Shown here piece by piece: positions 9,461 through 20,176 of a stretch of 64,000 bases of DNA (its first letter is position 1; each line of letters starts with the position of its first letter). The notes under the pieces were generated by a model. It saw only the letters and a list, made by a program, of their open reading frames with translations. It made no database searches and had not been told where the DNA came from. Both the position numbers and the translations under genes were made by a program. The DNA is from Nannocystis sp. GTDB taxonomy: Bacteria > Myxococcota_A > Polyangia > Nannocystales > Nannocystaceae. The stretch lies in the NCBI RefSeq assembly GCF_016717175.1, contig NZ_JADKFZ010000004.1; one strand, given 5' to 3'.

Positions 9461-10955
9461 TCGGCGGCTCGGCGGCGCGGCGCGCGGGCAGCAGCTCGGC
9501 GCCGAGGTCCTTCACCAGGGTCATCACCTGGGCGATGCCCTTGCCGATCATCGTCGACGGGTCCCCGTCGCCGCCGAACGAGGTGAACTTGACCTCGCCG
9601 AACTTCTGGGCGAAGGCCGCCGCGACCGCGGGCAGACCGGTGTCGACCAGCGCGAGGCGGATGCGGTCGTCGGAGACCAGGTTCTCGATCTCCTTGGTGG
9701 CCCGCAGCGCCGCGGCCTGCACCTCGTGCGCGAGCCGCTTCATGTCGAGCTCGCGCTGCTGCAGCTTGGCGGCGGCGCTGCTCTCGAACTCCCGCAGCTC
9801 GGCGGCGGTGCGCGCCTTGTGGGCTGCGAGCGTGGCGGCCAGCTCGGCCTCGCGGGCGGCGCTCAGGTGCCGCGCCTCGATCAGCTGGCGCTCGGCCTCG
9901 CTGAGCTTGCGCTCGCGGGCCAGCTGGGCGAGGCGGGCGGCTTCGGCCTGCTGCGCCTTCTCGGCCTCTAGCTCGGTGCGGGCGCGCAGGTCGGCGAGCT
10001 GACGCGCCTGGTCGCGCGCGGCCTTCTGGCTGGCGAGCTCGGCCTGGGCCTGCAGCTCGGCGAGCGCCCGTGCCTGCTCGCGCTGGCCGCTCTCCTCGCT
10101 GGCGCGGGCCTGCAGCTGGTCGCGCTTGGCCTGCTCGGTGAGCTCGATCTGGGTCGCGTGGCTCTCGGACTGGGCCCGCAGCTCGCGGGTCGCGGTCTCG
10201 CCGGCCAGCTTTGCCTCCGCGATCTGACGCGTCGCCTCGGCCTCGCGGGTGGCGATGTCGCGGGCGCTCTCCAGCTCGGCCTGGCGGGCGCGCATCGCCA
10301 GCTCGGCCCGGAAGCGGGCCTGCATCTCGCTGAACACGGTCTCGCTGAGGACGCGCACGTTCTGGACCTCGACGGTGTCGATCACCACGCCCCAGCCGGT
10401 CGCGGTGCTGTCGTCGCCGCGGCCGCGACCCTCGACCACCGGCGCCAGCTCGACGAGCAGCTCGTGGGCGATCGCCTCCTTGCGCCGCGTCATCGTGTCC
10501 TCGATCGAGAGGTTGGCGACCAGGCGGCGGGTCGCGCCGACGAACATCTCCTGCAGGATCTCGCCGAGCTTCTCCGAGGCGCGCTCCGAGTACGAGAAGT
10601 TGAGCATGCGGAAGGTGAGCTCGGGCTCGACGATGCGGTAGACCGCGAGGCCGGTGATCTGCACGCCGACCTTCTCGAGCGTCACCTGGTCGGCGGTGAA
10701 CTGCAGGCGGTTGATCGTGGTCGGGATGATCGCCACCGAGTCCCACGGCCACTTGAAGCAGCTCGCGCCCTGGCCGGTGCTGCGCCGGCGGATCTTCCCG
10801 CGGCGCATGTGGATCAGGTACTCCGACGGCATCGCGGTCACGAAGCCCCAGCGCTTCATCTTCTCGGGGTCCTCGGCGGGCTTGCCGGCGCGCCAGGCGA
10901 GGTCGTTGATGTTGGCGTTGGCGTTGGCGGGTGCGGGTGCGGTGGGCTTGCTCAT
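9453..10955 (-). CDS. SPFH/band-7 (flotillin-like) membrane-microdomain protein with long Ala/Glu/Arg-rich coiled coil
   Basis: SPFH N-terminal domain (RWGFVTAMPSEYLIH..., VIDTVEVQNVRV) followed by AEL/AQ heptad-rich region as in bacterial flotillins (YqiK/FloT-like). Confidence 0.85.
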   Translation of the reverse strand: MSKPTAPAPANANANINDLAWRAGKPAEDPEKMKRWGFVTAMPSEYLIHMRRGKIRRRSTGQGASCFKWPWDSVAIIPTTINRLQFTADQVTLEKVGVQITGLAVYRIVEPELTFRMLNFSYSERASEKLGEILQEMFVGATRRLVANLSIEDTMTRRKEAIAHELLVELAPVVEGRGRGDDSTATGWGVVIDTVEVQNVRVLSETVFSEMQARFRAELAMRARQAELESARDIATREAEATRQIAEAKLAGETATRELRAQSESHATQIELTEQAKRDQLQARASEESGQREQARALAELQAQAELASQKAARDQARQLADLRARTELEAEKAQQAEAARLAQLARERKLSEAERQLIEARHLSAAREAELAATLAAHKARTAAELREFESSAAAKLQQRELDMKRLAHEVQAAALRATKEIENLVSDDRIRLALVDTGLPAVAAAFAQKFGEVKFTSFGGDGDPSTMIGKGIAQVMTLVKDLGAELLPARRAAEPPTP

Positions 10956-11089
10956 GCCCCCTCCACAGCACGCGGCGTGCCAGCGGCTCGGGCCGGCGAT
11001 CGGCCAGCGGCGTCGCGGCGGCGCCAAGGCGGCCTTGCGGCCGTGGCTGCGGGCGGTGCACCGAAACGGAGCACCTGTATCAGGATGGG

Positions 11090-12634
<1,545 letters not shown>

Positions 12635-12786
12635 GTGTATCATTCCGGTGCACCCACGGCAGCTGCATTGATCTGGGGCAGGTGCAGGAGTGCGCACTTG
12701 GATGACTTGCGCCATGGGCCTGCGATCGCGGGCAGTTGGATCCGTTGTTGGATCCGGGCCCGGGGCCGTGTTATCGCTGCGACGGG

Positions 12787-13818
12787 ATGCCGGACGCCGG
12801 AGATGTGTCGCGCCGGGCGCTGCTCGGCGGCCTGGTCGGCGCGGCCGCGTGGTCGCTGTGCGGCTCGGCCGGGGCGGCCGCGGCCAAGGAGAAGGCCAAG
12901 CCGCTGGCGAGCAAGGCGGTGCCCGTGGTCCAGGACATCGAGCACGGCAAGCGCGGGACGACCCTGACGCTGAACCTGCAGCACTCGATGTTCCCGGCCC
13001 CCGGCTCGCGCTGGCGCGACGCGACCACCCTGGTGTTCGTGCCCTCGCACTTCCGGGTGCTCGACGATCGCCGCGTCGACACGGTGGTGCACTTCCACGG
13101 GCACAAGACCACCGCGGCCGAGGCGATGAAGAAGCACCAGCTGCGCGAGCAGCTCGACGACAGCCGGCAGAACGCGATCCTGGTGATGCCGCAGGGGCCG
13201 GTGCGGGCGATCGACTCGAGCGGCGGCAAGCTCGATCGCCCGGGCGGGCTCGGCCGCTTCCTCTCCGAGGTCCGGACCACGCTGCAGCGGGCCGAGGTGA
13301 GCAAGGCGCTCGCGGCCGCCCATGTGCCCGCGGCGGCCCGAATCGGCGCGGTCTGTGTCTCGGCCCACTCGGGCGGCTTCGGCGTCACGGCCCGCTGCCT
13401 CAAGCACGGCGGCTTCGATGTCAACGAGGTCTACCTGTTCGACGCGCTCTACGGCGAGGTCGCGGCCTACCTCGACTGGGTGCTCGAGCGGCGCAGCCAG
13501 AGCGCCGCCCGCTCGCGCCACAAGCTCGTCTCGTACTACGCCGGCGGCAAGCCGCGCAGCAACAGCCTGGCGCTCATCAAGTCGCTGCGGCAGCGCGGCA
13601 TCGAGGTGCTGCACGAGGAGCGCGAGGGCCAGCTCTCGCGGGCCGAGATCACGAAGGGGCGCGCTGTCTTCATCCGCACCCGCATCGATCACAGCCGCCT
13701 CACCTACCAGACCAACGGCCTGCGCGACTGCCTGTACGCGTCGTCGCTGCACCGCCGCCTCGAGTCGGACTGGTTCGCCGACAAGGACGGCGAGCGCGAG
13801 ATCGATCGTCGACCCTGA
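12787..13818 (+). CDS. Tat-signal secreted protein, putative alpha/beta-hydrolase (GxSxG: SAHSGG)
   Basis: twin-arginine motif [15 protein letters not shown]; serine-hydrolase-like pentapeptide; family not identified. Confidence 0.5.
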   Translation: MPDAGDVSRRALLGGLVGAAAWSLCGSAGAAAAKEKAKPLASKAVPVVQDIEHGKRGTTLTLNLQHSMFPAPGSRWRDATTLVFVPSHFRVLDDRRVDTVVHFHGHKTTAAEAMKKHQLREQLDDSRQNAILVMPQGPVRAIDSSGGKLDRPGGLGRFLSEVRTTLQRAEVSKALAAAHVPAAARIGAVCVSAHSGGFGVTARCLKHGGFDVNEVYLFDALYGEVAAYLDWVLERRSQSAARSRHKLVSYYAGGKPRSNSLALIKSLRQRGIEVLHEEREGQLSRAEITKGRAVFIRTRIDHSRLTYQTNGLRDCLYASSLHRRLESDWFADKDGEREIDRRP

Positions 13819-13834
13819 GCCGCGATCGCGCGGG

Positions 13835-15037
13835 ATGAAGTGCTCCCAGCCGGCGCGTCGATCCGATACGCTGGAGGTGCTCGTGTCGACAGTGGTGATG
13901 GTGACTGCGCTCGCGGCGTGGCTGGCGAGCGGTGGGGGGGCAGCGGGAAAGGCTGTCCCGGGGGACATGTCGTCTGCGACAGGTGTTGCACCTGTCCTTG
14001 CGGACAGCTCGCCCGAGGACCGCACGGCGCGGCTCTTGGCGGGCTTTGCCGACGGCGCCGATGAGCGGGCGACGCGGGCCCGTCCGGCCTACGCCCCGCG
14101 GATCGACCGCGCCTTCGCCCGCTTCGCGGAGAAGGTCGGCGAGCCGATGCAGGCGTGGGCCGCCGAGGCGCTGGTCCAGACCCCGGGTGAGACCGTGTTC
14201 TACCCGTTCGCCGGCGCCGACTTCCCGACCGCGCACCGCATGTACCCGCTGGCGGCGCGCTACGTGTTGATCGCGATGCAGCGCGGCGGGCCGCCGCCGG
14301 ATCCCGCAGCGCAAGGGCGCGAGGCGCTCGGCGAGCTGCTCGCCGGCTACGAGCGCCTGCTGGGCGCCTTCCTCCGGCGCGGCTTCTTCGTCACCGCCGA
14401 GATGAACGCGGAGACCGGCAACGACGCGGCGATCCGCGGCATCACCGGCGCGCTGATGGTGTTCGCCGCGCGCGAGGGCTTCGAGCTGCTGGGCGTCGAT
14501 CCGGTCGCGCTGGCCGACGACGGGACGCTGACGTTGCACCCCGGCGACCGCACCCGCGCCGCGACCTGGGACTCGGTGCGCCTGCGCCTGCGCCGGCGCG
14601 CCGACGGGCAGCCGGTGCTGCTCGAGTACCTTCGCGTCGGCCTGTCGAACAACACGCTCAAGCCCGAGACGCCGGCGCTGACGCTGGTCACCGGCCTCAG
14701 CGACGCGCGGGTGATCCTCAAGGCCGCGTCGCACCTGCCGCAGGACAACAACTTCACGGTGCTGACCAGGCTGCTGCTGAGCCGCGCGCCGACGATCGTG
14801 CAGGACGAGACCGGCGTCGCCTACGACGCGCTGCGCGGCCGCTTCTCGGTCAAGCTCCACGGCAGCTTCAAGCAGGTCAACCTGCTGTTCGACGGCAGCG
14901 ACCAGGAGACGCTGATCGAGGCCTACCGCACTGCGGGAAAGATCGATCGCCTGCCGTTCCACGTCGGCTACCGCAAGGGCGCGGCGGCCTGCATGCTGGT
15001 GGCGACGCGGGCCACGGTGACCAGCGACGCGCGGTAG
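13835..15037 (+). CDS. hypothetical protein
   Basis: about 400-aa ORF with gene-like codon bias; N-terminal region contains two in-frame copies of the dispersed palindromic element (13953-13972, 13991-14007). Confidence 0.5.
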   Translation: MKCSQPARRSDTLEVLVSTVVMVTALAAWLASGGGAAGKAVPGDMSSATGVAPVLADSSPEDRTARLLAGFADGADERATRARPAYAPRIDRAFARFAEKVGEPMQAWAAEALVQTPGETVFYPFAGADFPTAHRMYPLAARYVLIAMQRGGPPPDPAAQGREALGELLAGYERLLGAFLRRGFFVTAEMNAETGNDAAIRGITGALMVFAAREGFELLGVDPVALADDGTLTLHPGDRTRAATWDSVRLRLRRRADGQPVLLEYLRVGLSNNTLKPETPALTLVTGLSDARVILKAASHLPQDNNFTVLTRLLLSRAPTIVQDETGVAYDALRGRFSVKLHGSFKQVNLLFDGSDQETLIEAYRTAGKIDRLPFHVGYRKGAAACMLVATRATVTSDAR

Positions 15038-16455
15038 GCCGTCGGCGCGGCGACCGGGCCGAGCTCGACGACGATCACGTGCTCGCCCGGTGCGACGCCC
15101 GTGATGGTGAAGGCGCGGCCGAGCGCGGGCGTGAAGGGGCGTCGGTCGAGCCACACGCGGGCCTCGGCGTCGGCCTCGACCTCGACCAGCAGGCGGCCCG
15201 GATCCTGCGCGTGCTGGGCGACGCGCAGGCCCGGACGCGGGCCAGCGTCGTGCTGCAGGCCGGGGCCCTGCGGCGCGGCCTGCAGCGCGAGATCGAGGGT
15301 CGGCCGCACCAGCGCGCGCAGGCGCGGGACGACCAGGCGATCGGTGTCGCCAAGCGCCCCGGGGAAGGCCACGGAGGCGACCATGAACAGGCGTCGCGGG
15401 CCGCCGCGTTCGACCAGGGTGGCGTTCTCCAGCAGCGCGACGCGGGGGATCCGGCCGACGTTGTTGAACACCTCGACGGGCGCGCCGAAGGCCTCGTCGG
15501 GGACCCGCCCGAGCCGCTTGCGCGTGATCTTCATGGTCGCCCGCATGCGCTCGACGTCCGTGAGGGAGATCGGGAAGCGCTGATCGGCCGGCAGCTCCTC
15601 GTGCAGCATCACCCGCCGCTGAACATCGTGGAGCTCGAAGAGGGTCGCGCAGTTGCCCTTGCAGCTCGCATGACGGCCGCTGGCCTCGCGCGCCGGCAGC
15701 TCGCCTTGCAGCTCGCCCTCGCGGTAGCGCATCGGCGGCGAGCTGCGCAGGGTGGGGCCGTCGCGGTTACCGTAGCGGGCCTGGATCGCCATCTCCGGCA
15801 GACCCCAGCGCGGCGAGAGGTACTCCTGATTGAGCGCGTCGAAGCCGGCGATCCGGACCAGGCGGTTGTAGTCCTTGTTCGAGCTGTGCATCAGCGCCTC
15901 GTGGACCATGTCAGCGACCCGGCCGCTCTGCAGGCCCTCGGCGTCGCTGAACTCGATCTCGGCGTCGCCCGTGAGCCCGAGCGCCCCGAGCGTCCACAGG
16001 GCGCCCACCGAGGTCGCCAGCTTCACCGTCGAGGCCGGATGAAAGTAATGCCGCGGGACCTCGAAGGCGGTGTCGCCGAGGCTGTAGTGGAAGTAGCGCG
16101 GCTGGCCGACGCCGGGCCGCACGGTCACGACCAGCGCGCGCGAGAAGGCCGGCGGCTCGTAGTCGACGCGGCGATAGTGCTTGCCGAGGCTGTCCTTGTC
16201 GGCGAGCAGGCGGGCCATCGTGAACCAGCCGTCGCGGTCGCGGGCGGGGTCGAGGTTGAGGAGCTGCGGGTGCTCGGCGCGCAGGGCCAGCAGCGCGGGG
16301 TCCGGGGCCACGGGCTGCGCTGCGGGACGCGCCGGCGCTGCGACCTGCGCGGACGCTGCGGGCACCGGCGCAGCGCCTGGATCTGTCCCCGAGGACAGGC
16401 AGGCGCCGAGCACGATCGCCGGGGTCGGCCACCACAGCAGGCGAGGGCGAGGCAC
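14968..16455 (-). CDS. lipoprotein, putative serine hydrolase of beta-lactamase/transpeptidase fold
   Basis: lipobox LGAC after GTG start at 16455; SxxK (ASTVK) and S-x-N (HSSNKDYN) motifs in class-A-like spacing; KTG not found. Confidence 0.45.
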   Translation of the reverse strand: MPRPRLLWWPTPAIVLGACLSSGTDPGAAPVPAASAQVAAPARPAAQPVAPDPALLALRAEHPQLLNLDPARDRDGWFTMARLLADKDSLGKHYRRVDYEPPAFSRALVVTVRPGVGQPRYFHYSLGDTAFEVPRHYFHPASTVKLATSVGALWTLGALGLTGDAEIEFSDAEGLQSGRVADMVHEALMHSSNKDYNRLVRIAGFDALNQEYLSPRWGLPEMAIQARYGNRDGPTLRSSPPMRYREGELQGELPAREASGRHASCKGNCATLFELHDVQRRVMLHEELPADQRFPISLTDVERMRATMKITRKRLGRVPDEAFGAPVEVFNNVGRIPRVALLENATLVERGGPRRLFMVASVAFPGALGDTDRLVVPRLRALVRPTLDLALQAAPQGPGLQHDAGPRPGLRVAQHAQDPGRLLVEVEADAEARVWLDRRPFTPALGRAFTITGVAPGEHVIVVELGPVAAPTAYRASLVTVARVATSMQAAAPLR

Positions 16456-16483
16456 GGGGCGCCGGACGATATCACGGGGCCGA

Positions 16484-17071
16484 TCACGACGCGTCGGGAT
16501 AGCGGCGCACGAGATAGCGGTAGTACCCGGCGAGCTCGCGCAGCAGCGACCAGGGCTCGCGCAGCTCGAGCTCGAGCGGCGCATGGGCGCCGTAAACCTG
16601 CTCGACGCCGAAGCGCCGCAGCGCCAGCTTGGTGCGCGTGAGGTGGTAGTACTGGCTGACCGCGACGACCGAGCGGAGGCCGTGCGCGCGCATGTGGGCG
16701 GCGACGAAGCGGGCCGTCTCGTAGGTGTTGATGCCGCCGCGATCCTCGATCACGGCCGCCGCCGGCACGCCGTGCTCGACGAGGTAGCGCTTCATGACCT
16801 CGGGCTCGGGCGGGCTGCCCGGATCCTGGCCGCCGCTGACGACGATCTGCGGGACCAGGCCGGCGCGGTGCAGCGCGAGCGCGGCGTCGAGGCGCAGCTG
16901 CAGGCGACGCGAGGGCTCGCCCGCGGCGCTGACGTGGTTGCCGAGCACGACCGCGAGATCCGCGGGCGCGCCGCGATCGGTACAGCCGTCCGTGCTCACG
17001 GCGATCAGGTGCAGCCCTGCCCACAGACCCAGAGTGAGGGCCCCGCGTCGCAGCCAGGTCCGGTACGCCAC
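16484..17071 (-). CDS. DUF218 (YdcF/ElyC/SanA-like) domain protein
   Basis: VVLGNHV...IVVSGG...INTYETARF pattern typical of DUF218. Confidence 0.8.
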   Translation of the reverse strand: MAYRTWLRRGALTLGLWAGLHLIAVSTDGCTDRGAPADLAVVLGNHVSAAGEPSRRLQLRLDAALALHRAGLVPQIVVSGGQDPGSPPEPEVMKRYLVEHGVPAAAVIEDRGGINTYETARFVAAHMRAHGLRSVVAVSQYYHLTRTKLALRRFGVEQVYGAHAPLELELREPWSLLRELAGYYRYLVRRYPDAS

Positions 17072-17087
17072 CGGACGAGGATAGCGG

Positions 17088-17198
17088 CGCGGGAGCCCTG
17101 ACGGGCGCGCCGTGGTTGGTTTTCCGCCGAGGCGGCCGCCGCGTTCGCCGACAACCTCGCGCGGGAGCCTTGACGGGCGCGCCGTGGTTGGTTTTTCC
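17088..17198. promoter_or_regulatory. two 37-bp direct repeats (GCGGGAGCCYTGACGGGCGCGCCGTGGTTGGTTTT(T)CC) in divergent intergenic region
   Basis: copies at 17088-17124 and 17161-17198 between the divergent DUF218 and ATP-grasp genes; each contains a TTGACG -35-like hexamer. Confidence 0.4.
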
Positions 17199-17208
17199 TG
17201 GCCTCCCG

Positions 17209-18060
17209 ATGACCGTCGCCCTCGTCACTGCCCGGGCCGCGCGCTCGCTGGACGCCGACCTGCCCCCGCTCATGGCCGCCTTGACCCGCCGCGGGGTGGC
17301 CCACGAGGTCGCCGTGTGGGACGACCCCGAGATCGACTGGCACCGCTTCACGCGGATCGTCGTGCGATCGACCTGGGACTACGCGGCGCGGCGCGGGAGC
17401 TTCCTCGCCTGGGCCGGACGCGCCGCCACGGCCGCGCCGCTGCACAACCCGCTGGCCGTGCTGCGCTGGAACACGGACAAGCGCTACCTCGCCGACCTCG
17501 CCGCGGCCGGGGTGGCCGTCGTGCCGACGCGCTGGTGCGTGCCCGGAAAGTCGCCGGAGCTCCCGGCTGGCGACTTCGTGGTCAAGCCCTCGGTGGGGGC
17601 CGGATCGGTCGGGGCGGCCCGCTTCGCGGCGCACGAGCATGCGGCCGCGACGGCGCACGTGGCCCGCCTGCACGCCGCGGGGCACGTCGCGCTGATCCAG
17701 CCCTACCTCGCGGCGATCGAGCGCCACGGCGAGACGGCGCTGGTGTTCTTCGCCGGCGAATTCAGCCACGCGGTCCGCAAGGCCGCGATCCTGGTGCCCG
17801 GACTGCGCATGGTCGAGGGCCTCTACGCGGCCGAGGAGATCGGGCCGACCACTGTCAGTGCGTCCGAGCTGGCCCTCGCCGCCGCCGCGCTCGCGGCCGT
17901 GCCGGGGCGCCGCAAGCTGCTGTACGCCCGCGTCGACCTGGTCCCCGATGACGACGGCCAGCCGCGCGTGCTCGAGCTCGAGCTCGCCGAACCGTCGGTG
18001 TTCCTCGACCACGCCGACGGCGCCAGCGATCGCTTCGCCGCGGCACTCGCCGGGGTCTGA
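17209..18060 (+). CDS. ATP-grasp domain protein (RimK/glutathione-synthetase-like)
   Basis: VVKPSVGAGSVG, E..L..EP motifs; start at ATG 17209 (MTVALVTARAA). Confidence 0.7.
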   Translation: MTVALVTARAARSLDADLPPLMAALTRRGVAHEVAVWDDPEIDWHRFTRIVVRSTWDYAARRGSFLAWAGRAATAAPLHNPLAVLRWNTDKRYLADLAAAGVAVVPTRWCVPGKSPELPAGDFVVKPSVGAGSVGAARFAAHEHAAATAHVARLHAAGHVALIQPYLAAIERHGETALVFFAGEFSHAVRKAAILVPGLRMVEGLYAAEEIGPTTVSASELALAAAALAAVPGRRKLLYARVDLVPDDDGQPRVLELELAEPSVFLDHADGASDRFAAALAGV

Positions 18061-18061
18061 G

Positions 18062-18132
18062 CCTGTCCCGAGGGACAGGCCCTTGGCCAGCGAACGCGCT
18101 CGCGGGGCTCTGAGCCTGTCCCGAAGGACAGG
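18062..18132. terminator. pair of palindromic hairpins (CCTGTCCCGAGGGACAGG and CCTGTCCCGAAGGACAGG) between convergent ATP-grasp and parB
   Basis: perfect 8-bp stems, 2-4 nt loops, each preceded by GGGGYCTGAG; candidate bidirectional terminators and copies of the dispersed element. Confidence 0.5.
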
Positions 18133-18135
18133 CCC

Positions 18136-19056
18136 CTAACCCTCGTCGCGCGCGTCGCCGGGCAGCAAGGTGGCGAGCAGGCGGTCGAGCTCGTCGAGGC
18201 TGGCGTAGGGCACCTCGATCGTGCCGCTGCCCTGCTTCTTCGCGTCCGTCTTGACCGCCACCTTGACGCCGAGGCCGCGGCGCAGCCGCTCCTCGAGGTC
18301 GCGGACGATGAGCACGCGCGCGCGCTCGGACTCACTCGGCTCGGCGGGCTCGGGCGGCGGGTGCAGGCGGGCCTTCACGGCCCGCTCGATCGCCCGCACC
18401 GTGTAGCCGCGCTGGATCGCCTCGAGCGCCAGCTCGATCATGTCGGCCGGGCTCTCGAGCGCGAGCAGGGCCCGCGCGTGGCCCATGCTGAGGCGGCCCT
18501 CCTGCACGTAGCCCTGGACCTTCGGCGGCAGCTTGAGCAGGCGCAGCGCGTTGGCGATGGTGCTGCGGTCTTTGCCCAGGCGCTCGGCCAGCTGCTCCTG
18601 GGTGTACTCGCGGACGTCCATCAGCTGGCGATAGGCGGCGGCCTCCTCGATCGGGCTGAGGTCGAGGCGCTGCAGGTTCTCCAGCACCGCGAGCTCGAGG
18701 CGATCGCTCTCGGGGGTGTCGCGTACGACCACCGGGACGTCGTGCAGCCCGGCCAGCTGGGCCGAGCGCCAGCGTCGCTCGCCAGCGACGATCATGAAGC
18801 TGCCCGGCGGATCGTTGTGCGGGGTGACGACGATCGGCTGCAAGATCCCGTGGATCTTGATGCTGTCGGCCAGCTCGCGGAGCAGCGCGGCCTCGAAGTG
18901 CTTGCGCGGCTGATCGCGGTTGGGGACCAGGCTCTCGATCGGCAGGCTCCGCAGCGTCGACCCGCCCGCCTCGGGGCTCTGGGCGGGTTCGCTGGGGCGC
19001 TGCGGGATCAGGGCTCCGAGGCCGCGGCCGAGGACGGGACGCTTGGGCAGGTTCAC
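18136..19056 (-). CDS. parB: chromosome partitioning protein ParB
   Basis: ParB/Spo0J N-domain (GERRWRSAQLAG), HTH, C-terminal dimerisation region. Confidence 0.9.
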   Translation of the reverse strand: MNLPKRPVLGRGLGALIPQRPSEPAQSPEAGGSTLRSLPIESLVPNRDQPRKHFEAALLRELADSIKIHGILQPIVVTPHNDPPGSFMIVAGERRWRSAQLAGLHDVPVVVRDTPESDRLELAVLENLQRLDLSPIEEAAAYRQLMDVREYTQEQLAERLGKDRSTIANALRLLKLPPKVQGYVQEGRLSMGHARALLALESPADMIELALEAIQRGYTVRAIERAVKARLHPPPEPAEPSESERARVLIVRDLEERLRRGLGVKVAVKTDAKKQGSGTIEVPYASLDELDRLLATLLPGDARDEG

Positions 19057-19898
19057 GGGTGTAGCCTCGCTTCCTGGCGCGCCAGCAGCTCTTGCGCGAG
19101 CTCGAGGTAGGCCTTGGCGCCCTTGCTCTCGATGTCGTAGAGCAGCACGGGCTTGCCGTGGCTCGGGCTCTCGCTGAGGCGCACGTTGGGGGGGATCACG
19201 GTCTCGAACACGTGTTCGGCGAAGTGGCGCTTGACCTCCGCGACCACCTGCTGGGCCAGGTTGGTGCGCTTGTCGAGCATGCAGAAGACGATGCCCTCGA
19301 CCTGCAGCCGCGGGTTCAGTGAATCCTTGACCATGCCGATCGTGCCAGTCAACGCGCCCAGGCCCTCGAGCGAGAAGTACTTGGCCTGCATCGGGATCAG
19401 CACCGAGTCGGCGGCGACCAGGGCGTTGAGGGTGAGCAGGCCGAGCGAGGGCGGGCAGTCGAGGATGATGTAGTCCCAGGGCAGCGGCGCCGCCTTCTTG
19501 AACGCCCGCGCCAGCACGGTCTCGCGGCTCAGCACGCTGACCAGCTCGATCTCCGCGCCGGCGAGGTCCTCCGAGGCCGGCACGACCTGCAGCGTGGGCA
19601 GCTCGGTCGGCTGCACCACCGAGAGCAGCGAGGCCCCGCCGAGCAGCAGCTCGTAGCTGCCAGCCTTGATGTGCCCGCGGCTTTGACCCACCGCCGAGCT
19701 GGCGTTGCCCTGCGGGTCGAGGTCGACCAGCAGCACCCGCTTCTCCGCTGCCGCGAGGCTGGCCGCGAGGTTGACCGCGGTGGTCGTCTTGCCCTCGCCG
19801 CCCTTCTGGTTGCTGATCGCCACCACCCGCGCGCCGCGTGACGTGCTCGGGTCAGGGCGGGCTACCTTCGCTGCGGGGTCGGTCGACACGCGGCCCAC
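19053..19898 (-). CDS. parA: chromosome partitioning ATPase ParA (Soj)
   Basis: deviant Walker A (NQKGGEGKTTTAVN); overlaps parB start by 4 nt. Confidence 0.9.
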   Translation of the reverse strand: MGRVSTDPAAKVARPDPSTSRGARVVAISNQKGGEGKTTTAVNLAASLAAAEKRVLLVDLDPQGNASSAVGQSRGHIKAGSYELLLGGASLLSVVQPTELPTLQVVPASEDLAGAEIELVSVLSRETVLARAFKKAAPLPWDYIILDCPPSLGLLTLNALVAADSVLIPMQAKYFSLEGLGALTGTIGMVKDSLNPRLQVEGIVFCMLDKRTNLAQQVVAEVKRHFAEHVFETVIPPNVRLSESPSHGKPVLLYDIESKGAKAYLELAQELLARQEARLHP

Positions 19899-19999
19899 TC
19901 CTTACCATCCGCGGGCCCGCGCTGCTTGTTTCGCGCAGGCCTCGAGACGACGCGTAGTTTATTTGCCTACATGTACGGACATGGCTTACGAAGCCAGAC

Positions 20000-20173
20000 A
20001 TGAGCTACTTCCGGACCGCGTTCACAAGCTTCGAGGAGTTCAAGCGCGAGGCGCTGCAAGATCTTGATGATCTTGGCAAAGAGGAGATCGAGCTGATGCG
20101 TGAAGTGGAGGACCACGACAACTTCCATCGCCGCCCGGCGCGAGGCCGTCGGCCGTTCTACGACCTCGAGTAA
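20000..20173 (+). CDS. small hypothetical protein (57 aa, acidic)
   Basis: ATG-initiated ORF below the six-frame length cutoff in an otherwise empty 280-bp gap divergent from parA; GC3-biased codons. Confidence 0.35.
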   Translation: MSYFRTAFTSFEEFKREALQDLDDLGKEEIELMREVEDHDNFHRRPARGRRPFYDLE

Positions 20174-20176
20174 GCC

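Noticed and set aside
9445-11061. 538-aa minus-strand ORF overlapping the flotillin gene in another frame
   Set aside because: Arg/Pro/Gly-rich junk. The 9453-10955 frame gives a clean SPFH domain.
13322-13834. N-terminal 170 aa of the six-frame ORF 13322-15037
   Set aside because: Overlaps the 3' half of the Tat-secreted gene in another frame with Ala/Ser/Arg-rich junk. The start was moved to ATG 13835.
19899-19999. Possible parS site (TGTTTCGCGCAGGC) upstream of parA
   Set aside because: Matches only one half of the TGTTTCACGTGAAACA consensus. No convincing parS found in the window.
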